Assembly: GCA_043820925.1 (NCBI GenBank)
Contig: JBDRDL010000074.1
Location: 1-20,585, forward strand
Source: Methanobacteriota archaeon
GTDB taxonomy: Archaea; Hydrothermarchaeota; Hydrothermarchaeia; Hydrothermarchaeales; JACRDW01
Length of the DNA: 20,585 bases
Reading direction: 5' to 3'
The notes below the pieces were generated by a model. That model saw nothing but the letters and a program-made list of their open reading frames with translations, did not search any database and was not told the origin of the DNA. Below are positions 1-7,837 of the stretch, in pieces. A program made the position numbers and the translations under genes. Numbering within the stretch: position 1 is the first letter of the stretch; the number at the start of each line of letters is the position of its first letter.

Positions 1-494
1 GGAGGAACTGGAAGGAAAACAGGCAGCGTGGCATCTATGCCTTTCCTCCTTGCCACTAGCGCATGTCCAAGCTCATGAATGCCCAAAATGCTCATCAAAG
101 AAACAGCAAAAATAATGCTCTGGCTGAGGCTACCTTCTGCCCACCACACATAGCCGGCCCAGGTCATTGTTATAGCTGTTGCAATTAAAAGCAGGAAGTG
201 CAGTAGTGGTCTAATTTCCCTCCTCCTCTCCTTCTTACGCACGATTGCAACTTGCAGCTCTCCTTTTATCCTTCTGTACTTGGGGAGATATTCGGTAGCT
301 TTGAACTCTTCTAAAATCAATGAAAAGGATTCTTCATGCGAATAGCGGGGCATCACGGTATAAACTATTGCGCCTTTATCCTCGGCCGCTCGATAAATCG
401 AAAAGCCCTTCTCAACCTTCTCTCTTCCGTCAGGAAGATGGCATTCCTCACCAGCTTCCTCTCGGAATCTGCTCCAAGTTAAATTTTCCATCAT
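1..494 (-). CDS. Site-2 protease (peptidase M50) family intramembrane Zn metalloprotease, N-terminal part; runs off the left edge
   Basis: Manually translated (absent from the ORF track): MMENLTWSR...LLHFLLLIATAITMTWAG...SLMSILGIHELGHALVARRKGIDATLPVFLPVP. HExxH within a TM segment followed by the typical 'ATLPxFxP'. Start ATG overlaps the upstream TGA (ATGA). Confidence 0.9.
   Translation of the reverse strand, partial: MMENLTWSRFREEAGEECHLPDGREKVEKGFSIYRAAEDKGAIVYTVMPRYSHEESFSLILEEFKATEYLPKYRRIKGELQVAIVRKKERRREIRPLLHFLLLIATAITMTWAGYVWWAEGSLSQSIIFAVSLMSILGIHELGHALVARRKGIDATLPVFLPVP
425..467 (+). repeat. 43-nt imperfect palindromic element, copy 1 (inside the site-2 protease gene)
   Basis: TTCCGTCAGGAAGATGGCATTCCTCACCAGCTTCCTCTCGGAA flanked by TC on both sides. 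421-443 is the exact reverse complement of 9839-9861 (23 bp). Confidence 0.85.
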
Positions 495-886
495 AATTCA
501 ACGTAACCTTTGTCAGCGTTAATTGCTATGTGCATTCCATTTTTAAGAAATTCAAATGGGTTTTTCTCGAGCGAATCCAGCATAGGTAAGTCAGAGATTA
601 TTGCGCCCGCCGCAACAACTTGCTCAGCATGCAGAGCAATCATCCCTTTTGGAGCAGCTCTGTTCTTCTTCATCTGGTAAATAACATAGCTGCCCACCGT
701 AGAGCCTTTTCCCCTGGGGAAAACCAAAATCTTTCCTGCAATGCTCTGCCCTTCTAACTCATGACCTTTCTCAGTAACTATTCCGGTCCTCGGGTCAATG
801 CCTCCCAAAAATGTAATCGCTTCCTTGGTTAGAATTACTTCTCCTTCAGCGATGCCTCTGGATATTATCCTTCCATAGACTTTCAT
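491..886 (-). CDS. Aconitase X swivel/small subunit (DUF126); probable phosphomevalonate dehydratase small subunit
   Basis: 131 aa with FLGGIDPRTG and the GKILVFPRGKGSTVGSYVIY signature; large subunit, UbiD and UbiX lie in the same window. Confidence 0.92.
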   Translation of the reverse strand: MKVYGRIISRGIAEGEVILTKEAITFLGGIDPRTGIVTEKGHELEGQSIAGKILVFPRGKGSTVGSYVIYQMKKNRAAPKGMIALHAEQVVAAGAIISDLPMLDSLEKNPFEFLKNGMHIAINADKGYVEL

Positions 887-1976
887 AAACCAGCCTTTCC
901 TTATTTAATAAATCAGCGTAGCATTCTCCTCTTGTTTTTCCTTCTCCCAAAACTGTGCAGATTGGACTTTCTTTATCTATGCGCTCACCATAATGAGGCA
1001 CATCCTTAATAAAATCTAGCCTTTCTTTATATATTATATCCCTATCTGCAAACAAAATTTTCTTGCTCCAGAATTTTCCTGATTTTTTTACTTTTAAATC
1101 GAAATTTTCTTTCAAACAGGCTTTTACATGCAAATCAAGAATATTGGTCCCATGAGCCCTTTCCAGCACCTCCATTGAACCTGTTATCCTCGGATTTACT
1201 TCCAGAACATACGGCTCGCCGTTTTTGAGAATGAAGTCTATGCCATTGCTGCCTTTTAGCTTGAATGCATGAGAAATTTGGCAGGAAGTTTCTTCTATTT
1301 TTTCAATAACCTCTTTTCCCTCATCCAGAGGAGTGATATTGCCGGCGTATCTATATTTATTAAAAAAAGTACCGACCAGCTGTTCAGTAGACCCTGTGCA
1401 GAAGCAGCCTTCTTCTGCGCATATGACCGTAGAAGAAACAGGTTTGCCCTCGATATACTCTTGCAGCAGTACTTTGCTCCCAAGCTCCTCCATTTCAAGA
1501 ATATTCTGCCTATCGTATATTGAGTGCCCTCCTCCGCTCTTGATAGGTTTTATCAGCCAGTTTCTTTCAGATTTAATAATTTCTTTTGCTTCATCTGGAG
1601 AGGTAATTTCAGTTCTTGGAAAGGGAATATTTCTCCTTCTAAGCTCCCTGAAGAGATATTCCCAGTCCCTCACTTTTCGCAGCGTATCTGAATCATTGCC
1701 GAGAACAATACAGCGCTTCTCAAACTCTTCAACAAGCTCCGGGTGATTCTCAAAACCCGAGCCGTACACAACATGCGTAAATTCCAAATCCTGCGCATGT
1801 TTGAATAAATTCTCTATAGTGTACTCTTCTTTAAACTCGTGGTTCAAGGAATAATTTTCACATATTTCTTTCTGGTCGATGTCGCCGAAAAAGTCTAAAG
1901 AAATAAAGTTGTAGCCTGCTTTCTTCGCTGATTCTGCCATTGCTCTGGTGCTGGGTGCGATGAGGAGGAGTTTCAT
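846..1976 (-). CDS. ATP-grasp domain protein (resembles the family linked to methanopterin/C1 metabolism)
   Basis: STRAMAESA..DFFGD N-terminus, IKPIKSGGG, QEYIEG, NGIDF, LEVNPRITGS ATP-grasp motifs. Confidence 0.85.
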   Translation of the reverse strand: MKLLLIAPSTRAMAESAKKAGYNFISLDFFGDIDQKEICENYSLNHEFKEEYTIENLFKHAQDLEFTHVVYGSGFENHPELVEEFEKRCIVLGNDSDTLRKVRDWEYLFRELRRRNIPFPRTEITSPDEAKEIIKSERNWLIKPIKSGGGHSIYDRQNILEMEELGSKVLLQEYIEGKPVSSTVICAEEGCFCTGSTEQLVGTFFNKYRYAGNITPLDEGKEVIEKIEETSCQISHAFKLKGSNGIDFILKNGEPYVLEVNPRITGSMEVLERAHGTNILDLHVKACLKENFDLKVKKSGKFWSKKILFADRDIIYKERLDFIKDVPHYGERIDKESPICTVLGEGKTRGECYADLLNKERLVYESLWKDNIQRHR

Positions 1977-2062
1977 GATTCAAGCTTTGTTATTAAAATA
2001 CATAACCTTTATTATCTGGTTTCGTATTACTCTTTTGCAGAATCCTCAAAAGGGAGGGTATC

Positions 2063-2719
2063 ATGAGCCAAAATAAAATTATTAAAGGTCTCAGTCCCCC
2101 GCTGAATGAAAAAGAAGCTAGGGCGCTACTTGCGCTGATGAGGAATGGAAGAGTAACTGACTCTAAGCTAAAAGAAATCTTGGGGTTTAGAAGCGAAAAT
2201 TCAGCTGCATATTACAGAAAGAGATTAGAGAAAGGAGGGATAATCGAAAGATATGCTGCGATTGTGAACTGGGAGAAGCTTGAATTCGGGACGAAGTTTA
2301 TGGTTATTGTCGAGGGCAGTGACGAGAACGCATTTCATGAGATAGAGAGGGACCACGTTTTCTCTGCCAACGAGCACCTGAATAGAGTAGGCGATGTTGT
2401 CATTACGCCAACCCTTTTCGGTCCAGTGGTATTAAAAGAGGTCTCGACTTCCTACGGCGTTGTTGGAGTTATTACTGGCCATACAACGTCCGAGGATGCC
2501 GCTAAAAATTATTCTGAAGTTTATCTCAAAGAAAGATACCCAGACATAAAGACTACAACCTATATCTTAAAGGATACCACAATAAAGGATTTTTTCATCC
2601 AGAAGGATTTCATTAAGAAATTCAGAGCACTTTCTCCGCCCACAGAGAAAGACAGAAAGCGGCTGGAAAGGTTTAAAGAGAAATTCCTTCAGCGATTTTC
2701 TTCCGGAAAGTCAGAATGA
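2063..2719 (+). CDS. Lrp/AsnC-like transcriptional regulator with an atypical, extended C-terminal domain
   Basis: N-terminal HTH 'LLALMRNGRVTDSKLKEILG...RKRLEKGGIIERYAAIVNWEKL'; GGAGG upstream of the ATG. Confidence 0.8.
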   Translation: MSQNKIIKGLSPPLNEKEARALLALMRNGRVTDSKLKEILGFRSENSAAYYRKRLEKGGIIERYAAIVNWEKLEFGTKFMVIVEGSDENAFHEIERDHVFSANEHLNRVGDVVITPTLFGPVVLKEVSTSYGVVGVITGHTTSEDAAKNYSEVYLKERYPDIKTTTYILKDTTIKDFFIQKDFIKKFRALSPPTEKDRKRLERFKEKFLQRFSSGKSE

Positions 2720-3548
2720 ACAGAATTATGTTTGGCACCGAAAGAGATAAAATCATCCTATCCTTAAGCTTGTCCCCTTGAATAACTGGATCCCCGAATA
2801 GTAGTATTTTGACGCAAGGATATATTAAAAATAGAAATATGACTGCTGTTACGAGCATATAAATCGACTTGTACACAATTGATAAAATTACCAGAATTAT
2901 AACAGGTGCGAAGGCTAAACCACAGCAAACTTTTGCAGCCCTTCTTACTCCAAGCATCAGCGGCAACGAATTAACATCACCCCTTACATCTCTAAAATCT
3001 TTCATGAACACGAGTGAGAATATTAAGAGAAAAATATATGCTGCTACGATGAACGTATTTCCTGTGATATAGGAATAGATGCTCCATACGCCAATTGATT
3101 CTAAAACAAAACAAAAGGCGATAATGGCGATGGCAACCACTGACTTATCCTTAAATCTAAAGTTAGGATGAGAATACAGAACATAGCCGCATAGAATTCC
3201 TATAACATAGCACAGAAATAGAATCTTGCTGAGAAGCAGAGATACGACGAGAGCTGTGAAAGTAAGCAGGCTTAAGTACGCCCACGCAACTTTTACTGAC
3301 ATCCTGCCAGAAGGGATTGGTGCTTCAGGCTTGCATATCCCGTCTATTTCCCTGTCGTAAATATCGTTGTAAATATCCGAACCGCTGTGCATTAGCGCAC
3401 CAGAAATTATCGCCGGTACAATTCTTGCATCCACTTCCCCTACAAATGCGCTGGTTGCCAGAATAACTGAAACATCCACTGCGCTACCCTTCAGTTTTAG
3501 TATTTCAATGAAAGGTTTTATTCTGTCCGCATAAAATACAAACTTCAT
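2673..3548 (-). CDS. UbiA-family prenyltransferase (DGGGP synthase-like)
   Basis: Aspartate-rich motifs NDIYDREID and KDFRDVRGD, PIPSGR, YS motif, multiple TM helices. Confidence 0.9.
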   Translation of the reverse strand: MKFVFYADRIKPFIEILKLKGSAVDVSVILATSAFVGEVDARIVPAIISGALMHSGSDIYNDIYDREIDGICKPEAPIPSGRMSVKVAWAYLSLLTFTALVVSLLLSKILFLCYVIGILCGYVLYSHPNFRFKDKSVVAIAIIAFCFVLESIGVWSIYSYITGNTFIVAAYIFLLIFSLVFMKDFRDVRGDVNSLPLMLGVRRAAKVCCGLAFAPVIILVILSIVYKSIYMLVTAVIFLFLIYPCVKILLFGDPVIQGDKLKDRMILSLSVPNIILFILTFRKKIAEGISL

Positions 3549-3577
3549 TTTCTCATAATGCAGCGAAGACGAATACC

Positions 3578-3691
3578 TTGCAAAATTCTCTATGAAAACT
3601 GCGGAAATCTCATTAAGTTATTGCGAAAAACGCAATAGTTCGTTGCGCTTTTTGCAGTTTTCATTTAGTATTTCTAAAATTAGCTTTTGCG
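3578..3691. promoter_or_regulatory. Phased array of 15-bp semi-palindromic boxes (putative Lrp-type operator) between divergent genes
   Basis: TTGCAAAATTCTCTA (3578), CTGCGGAAATCTCAT (3599), TTGCGAAAAACGCAA (3621, perfect), TTGCGCTTTTTGCAG (3643), plus a TTGCG half-site at 3687; spacing 21-22 bp or a multiple. Confidence 0.6.
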
Positions 3692-3707
3692 TCTAGAGAT
3701 TAGCACT
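3652..3707 (+). repeat. Imperfect direct repeat, left copy
   Basis: 3652-3682 matches 7765-7795 at 28/31; 3694-3707 matches 7803-7816 at 13/14. Confidence 0.8.
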
Positions 3708-3719
3708 CGACAAAATGCA

Positions 3720-3826
3720 TGATGCCATGCCCAAGTTTTGAGCTGAGGCACGGCATCAAGACCCCATAAGAGGCATTACTGTTTCTGCCTTGAAGGGATT
3801 TAAGGCTTGCGGTAGTGCCTCCGGGG
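3720..3826 (+). promoter_or_regulatory. Putative structured 5' leader RNA (two hairpins)
   Basis: Stem 3720-3731/3747-3758; stem 3770-3781/3810-3821 (2 G-U) enclosing 3787-3794/3799-3806 with a GGGA loop. Confidence 0.5.
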
Positions 3827-3852
3827 GAGTAAATGAAAAGGAGGTTGAGAAA

Positions 3853-4929
3853 ATGAAAGAAAGTTTGAGGAAAAGTTGGAAAGGAGGCGCAATGCTGGCG
3901 ATGTTGCTGCTCACATTGAGCATAAGCGCGGCGCCGGCGTTTGCGTGGGGACCGATAAATCACGACGCAATAGCTTGGGAGACAGCAACCAGCGATGTCA
4001 TAGGTACCTATCCAAGTCTTTACTATGATGTTGGAAGTGTTTCCTGTGACATTGGAGACTTCACACCATTACCTGGAAAGGATCCAACAAACTACAATGT
4101 AGCATGGAGAATGCACGACAGAGACATAGAAAATGGTTATGATTGGTATGCCAGCACAGACTATAGAGCGTTTACGACCAACATGTACAAATATTTTGCC
4201 GCAACGGATAATCAAAAAGCTTTCACTCTCGGGTGGCGTGGTCACGTGCGCGGAGCGGACCCAGTTGTACTGAGCGCTGGCAAAAATGGTTTTTGGGATA
4301 AAATATATTTGGATAACATAGCTTACTACGAAAAGGGTGGAAGAGCTAACTATGTGTGGATGTATCCTGACATGGTGCAAGGTGCCTATCAGTATACTTA
4401 CGGAGTAACGCTGAGCACAACCGACATTAGTGCTGCTACAGCTGCGCTTGCCGCAGCTATCGGTACCGAAAAAGAGTTGTTTATAAATCTTGTAAACTAT
4501 GCATACGCCAAAGCAGTATACGGGAATAACTACGCTAACGTCTGGTATCCCAACGCAAAATCGGACACAATAACTCAGGTGAAGAATTTGAGGCTCTATG
4601 GATTTTCAGTGCTGTCGCCAAACACAGAGCTTCCGAAAGTGAGCAAGTCAAGCAATAAAGAGAGCGAATACAAGGAGCTTGAAAAACAGCTTGGTGAAGA
4701 GCTTGAGGCAGAGGCAAATAGAGTAACTGCGAAGTTGCTCAGTGAGGGAATAATTGAAGTTCCTCTCGACTACAATGCCCAGACAGGTCTGTTGAAGGCA
4801 GGACCTATAGTTGTAAAAGACCAAACAGCGTACGATGCAGAGATAGCGAAGTCCAGAGAGAACATAGAGAAGATAAAGGAAAAGCATCCAAAGTACAAGA
4901 AGTTCAAAGATACAGGAAAGGTTGATTAA
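3853..4929 (+). CDS. Secreted protein with a Zn-dependent phospholipase C / S1-P1 nuclease-like N-terminal domain and a charged C-terminal domain
   Basis: GGAGG before ATG 3853 (alternative start 3892). Signal peptide ends AFA|WGPINH, giving a mature N-terminal Trp and WxxxxH. Also GSVSCD, MHD and GWRGHVRGAD (GxxxHxxxxD) candidate Zn ligands. Confidence 0.65.
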   Translation: MKESLRKSWKGGAMLAMLLLTLSISAAPAFAWGPINHDAIAWETATSDVIGTYPSLYYDVGSVSCDIGDFTPLPGKDPTNYNVAWRMHDRDIENGYDWYASTDYRAFTTNMYKYFAATDNQKAFTLGWRGHVRGADPVVLSAGKNGFWDKIYLDNIAYYEKGGRANYVWMYPDMVQGAYQYTYGVTLSTTDISAATAALAAAIGTEKELFINLVNYAYAKAVYGNNYANVWYPNAKSDTITQVKNLRLYGFSVLSPNTELPKVSKSSNKESEYKELEKQLGEELEAEANRVTAKLLSEGIIEVPLDYNAQTGLLKAGPIVVKDQTAYDAEIAKSRENIEKIKEKHPKYKKFKDTGKVD

Positions 4930-4952
4930 CTTCAACCTTCCTTTTTATTTTT
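4918..4952 (+). terminator. Hairpin plus T-tract terminator-like structure
   Basis: AAGGTTGA-ttaact-TCAACCTT spanning the stop codon, followed by a T-rich run. Confidence 0.6.
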
Positions 4953-4965
4953 ATTGGTGATTGAT

Positions 4966-5829
4966 ATGAAAAACAAAATTAGAATTTTTGTTGCTCTAAT
5001 TATTTTGCTGGTATTCATCACAGGCTTATTCTTATATATTGATCCGGAGGAAGTCAGTGGGGGACATTACGTAGATATTCAAGCGAGCAGAGATGTAGTT
5101 AATGTAACTTTAATACTACCTGCGCTGATTTCTCCTAAAACTCGACAATTGCACAACCCTGACAATAAGATATACAAAATCGAGGAAAAAAATCTCGTTG
5201 ATCCACGGTATGGAACGGCATATAAGGTCGAAGAAAGGATTCTAACAGATACACTTTATGGAAAAATGCTAAAAGTAAAATTGAGGGACGATGCTCTTAT
5301 TGAAATAGGTTCGGAAATATATGAGAGAAGGTATGGTAAAGAATATACGGATTATCTCTCCGTGCACAAGCCATGGGTCAATAAATTATCTGATCCGAGA
5401 ATAGCTGCTTTTTCAGAAGAATTTGAGTTTGATTTACAACCGAAGTACAACGAAAAATTGCATGAAGTAAAATTCAGATATGGTCTTGGGCAAGTTATTT
5501 TTCCGTTTGAAAGAATAGAAAAAGGAGAGGAATTTGATGAAGCTAGTTATCAAAAAATAAAAGAAGCACTGAAAATATACTACAAACCGTATTTATTCGA
5601 AAAATTTGACACCTTTGGAGCGGTCGAATTTAACGGCAACGGAACAATCGAAGTTAATATAACTCTAGCCACATGCCGTATAAAGACATTCTTCTTCATG
5701 CCCCTGCCTCCTGATGCCAGAGATAGCGTCTGCTATAATTTGAAAGGAGGGTTCACAACAAACCAAAGCGGTGAGTTTGTGCCATTTGAAGTCGTCGGTT
5801 TCGCTTTCAGAGCAGTTTATGCCCTTTGA
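4966..5829 (+). CDS. Hypothetical membrane-anchored extracellular protein
   Basis: GGTGA SD before ATG 4966; single N-terminal TM helix (IFVALIILLVFITGLFLYI); no recognised family. Confidence 0.75.
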   Translation: MKNKIRIFVALIILLVFITGLFLYIDPEEVSGGHYVDIQASRDVVNVTLILPALISPKTRQLHNPDNKIYKIEEKNLVDPRYGTAYKVEERILTDTLYGKMLKVKLRDDALIEIGSEIYERRYGKEYTDYLSVHKPWVNKLSDPRIAAFSEEFEFDLQPKYNEKLHEVKFRYGLGQVIFPFERIEKGEEFDEASYQKIKEALKIYYKPYLFEKFDTFGAVEFNGNGTIEVNITLATCRIKTFFFMPLPPDARDSVCYNLKGGFTTNQSGEFVPFEVVGFAFRAVYAL

Positions 5830-5879
5830 GTTATTGATTATGCTTTCAGGAAAAAGTTTCTCGGTGAGGGGTTGTAGCG

Positions 5880-6254
5880 ATGTCTTTTGATGCGGGTGCC
5901 TATGTAGTGGCATACTTAGTTCTGAATTTCGGCGTTGCGTTCTGCATTGGCTTACTTGCATTCTGGGTTTCTAATAAATTGTTGAAAACCAAGTTAAGTT
6001 TTTCAAGAATAGTTTTTGCTCAGATAATTAATTTTTCACTTGGAGTTGGATTGGTGAATATTCTTCGCACAATATTTGATAAACCGCTTATCACTGATCC
6101 TATCATATCCATAGCTACACTGCTTTCGCTGTTCTTTTATTTCAGTAATATCTGCAGATTAGATTGGAAAAAATCAATAGCCATTGTATTTGTATCTTAC
6201 ATAATAAGCTCTGTATTGCGGATAATTGTCATGCCTTTCATGATATTTGGCTAG
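5880..6254 (+). CDS. Hypothetical small integral membrane protein (about 4 TM)
   Basis: 124 aa, four hydrophobic segments, GGTGAGG upstream. Confidence 0.75.
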   Translation: MSFDAGAYVVAYLVLNFGVAFCIGLLAFWVSNKLLKTKLSFSRIVFAQIINFSLGVGLVNILRTIFDKPLITDPIISIATLLSLFFYFSNICRLDWKKSIAIVFVSYIISSVLRIIVMPFMIFG

Positions 6255-6291
6255 TTTCAAATAATAGAGCGAGTTTTTGGTCGGTGAAACC

Positions 6292-7044
6292 ATGAACCCC
6301 GAAATCCTCGGAACACTTGTTAACCGCCTCTCACCGATTCCAATTTACGCAGCTCTGGCTTTGGTGCTCTGGGCGGCAAGCAAAAAACTGAAAATCGAGA
6401 GATTGGATTTACAATACTCAAACAAAAGCCTTGTATACGTTCTCGCTGCGCTGGTTTACTCCAGCATTGCAACGGCAATAGCAATAAGCTTGCTTTCGGG
6501 ACGCGAGCTATTTCTAACGCCGTTTACGATAGGATTCACCGCCATTGAATATTTCTCTGTAATGCTGCTTCCCGCAGCGTTGGTGCTCAGACTGGAGAAG
6601 CTGCCCTTAAAATCAGTTGGGATAGCAAGGCAGAATCTAAAACAAGCCTTCCTTATTTCAGCTTTGTTGATTTTCTTGTTCATCCCAATCGTAAACTACA
6701 AGCGCATCCCCACGCTCGCTTCAGACTATGCCCTCCTCAGCCTGACTAAATTCCTAATCGTTGCCGCAGGCGAGGAAATTTATTTCCGCGGCTTCGTGCA
6801 ACTTCGCTGCGAAGCCTTGTTCGGCGCGTATAAGGGTATGGCGATTGCAACGCTACTCTTCGGACTTTACCATTTACCCATAATCGCGCTCTACGAAGGC
6901 ACAATTCCCTTCATGCTGGTGATGAACCTGCTCACCGTGCTCATCTTCGGAGCCTTTCTTGCGTATTTGATGCACAAGACGCAGAACGTTCTCTCGCCGG
7001 CTCTGGTGCACGCCTTCGTGAACTGGTATCCGAGGCTGTACTGA
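6292..7044 (+). CDS. CPBP (CAAX/Abi, Rce1-like) family intramembrane glutamic protease
   Basis: EEIYFRG, FGLYH and HAFVN motifs; multi-TM; GGTGA SD before ATG 6292. Confidence 0.92.
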   Translation: MNPEILGTLVNRLSPIPIYAALALVLWAASKKLKIERLDLQYSNKSLVYVLAALVYSSIATAIAISLLSGRELFLTPFTIGFTAIEYFSVMLLPAALVLRLEKLPLKSVGIARQNLKQAFLISALLIFLFIPIVNYKRIPTLASDYALLSLTKFLIVAAGEEIYFRGFVQLRCEALFGAYKGMAIATLLFGLYHLPIIALYEGTIPFMLVMNLLTVLIFGAFLAYLMHKTQNVLSPALVHAFVNWYPRLY

Positions 7045-7164
7045 GGGCGCGGAAGAAAAGGGGCAGGCGCATTCAAAAGCGAATGTGCGTGAAGCCGGGC
7101 TGCATGGTGGTATCCAAAGGAATTGGGCAGAACTTCCTTCACGGTATCCTAAGGAGGATGAAAC

Positions 7165-7700
7165 ATGAAAAAACTTTTGGTTTTAGGAATATTTGCATTG
7201 TTGGTAGTCGGAGCAGTCGTAGCAAGTCAGGGGCTGAAGATAAGAGAAGTTCCTCCGCCAGACGACAAGCCAAGACCAGCACCGTCGGAGAAATCATAGT
7301 TGAGCATCCGCATGGCGTGGATATACTTCCGCCAAAGATGAGCAGTCCCAAGTTTCCAACGTACAAAGCTTATAGGATAGGAGTGCTTCAGAGCCTCTCC
7401 AGCTCAGACCCTGAGAAAAAAGTGGAAGCAGTGGTAACTTTCACCGAACCTCTTACGCCAAACGAATTTGATGCTCTCGCAGCAGGTTATTCTGTGATTG
7501 GTGTCGAAGGATTCAATAAAGACAAAAGAAATTTCTTGCGACGGTACTCTCGCTACCTATTGCATAAGGATGAAGTGGAGAGCATCACAAGTGCAGTCAT
7601 AGAAGGTACGGGTCAAGAACTTCTGAAACTTCAAGAGAATAACAACGTACTGCTTGTGGACGCCAACATCGAAGGGATACATTCAAGAGTTCTTCCATAG
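7165..7700 (+). pseudogene. Frameshifted gene for a secreted hypothetical protein
   Basis: AGGAGG (7152-7157) then ATG 7165 gives MKKLLVLGIFALLVVGAVVASQGLKIREVPPPDDKPRPAPSEKS* (stop 7297-7299). The protein-like remainder (IIVEHPHG...RVLP*) is in the -1 frame to 7700. Confidence 0.7.
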
Positions 7701-7729
7701 AGGGCTTAGCCCTCTTCTTTTATTTTTTT
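7699..7729 (+). terminator. Hairpin plus T-tract terminator-like structure ending the cassette
   Basis: AGAGGGC-tta-GCCCTCT followed by TCTTTTATTTTTTT. Confidence 0.6.
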
Positions 7730-7764
7730 CAATGTCTTTGTAATATTTCAACGGCATTAAAAAA

Positions 7765-7816
7765 TTGCATTCTTCATTTAGTTTTTCTAAAATTAACAAG
7801 CTTAGAGATTAGCGCT
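7765..7816 (+). repeat. Imperfect direct repeat, right copy
   Basis: TTGCATTCTTCATTTAGTTTTTCTAAAATTA-N7-TAGAGATTAGCGCT; matches 3652-3707. Confidence 0.8.
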
Positions 7817-7837
7817 GATGGTAAAATCGTGGTTCAA

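Noticed and set aside
40..80. Suspected frameshift after HELGH in the site-2 protease
   Set aside because: Careful reading gives CAT GCG CTA GTG (HALV), continuous in one frame.
432..452. GGAAGATGGCATTCCTC resembles the start of a fluoride riboswitch
   Set aside because: Lies antisense within a CDS, lacks the rest of the motif, and is explained by the palindromic element.
3853..7700. Integron cassette array
   Set aside because: No recurring attC-like sites between the genes and no integrase.
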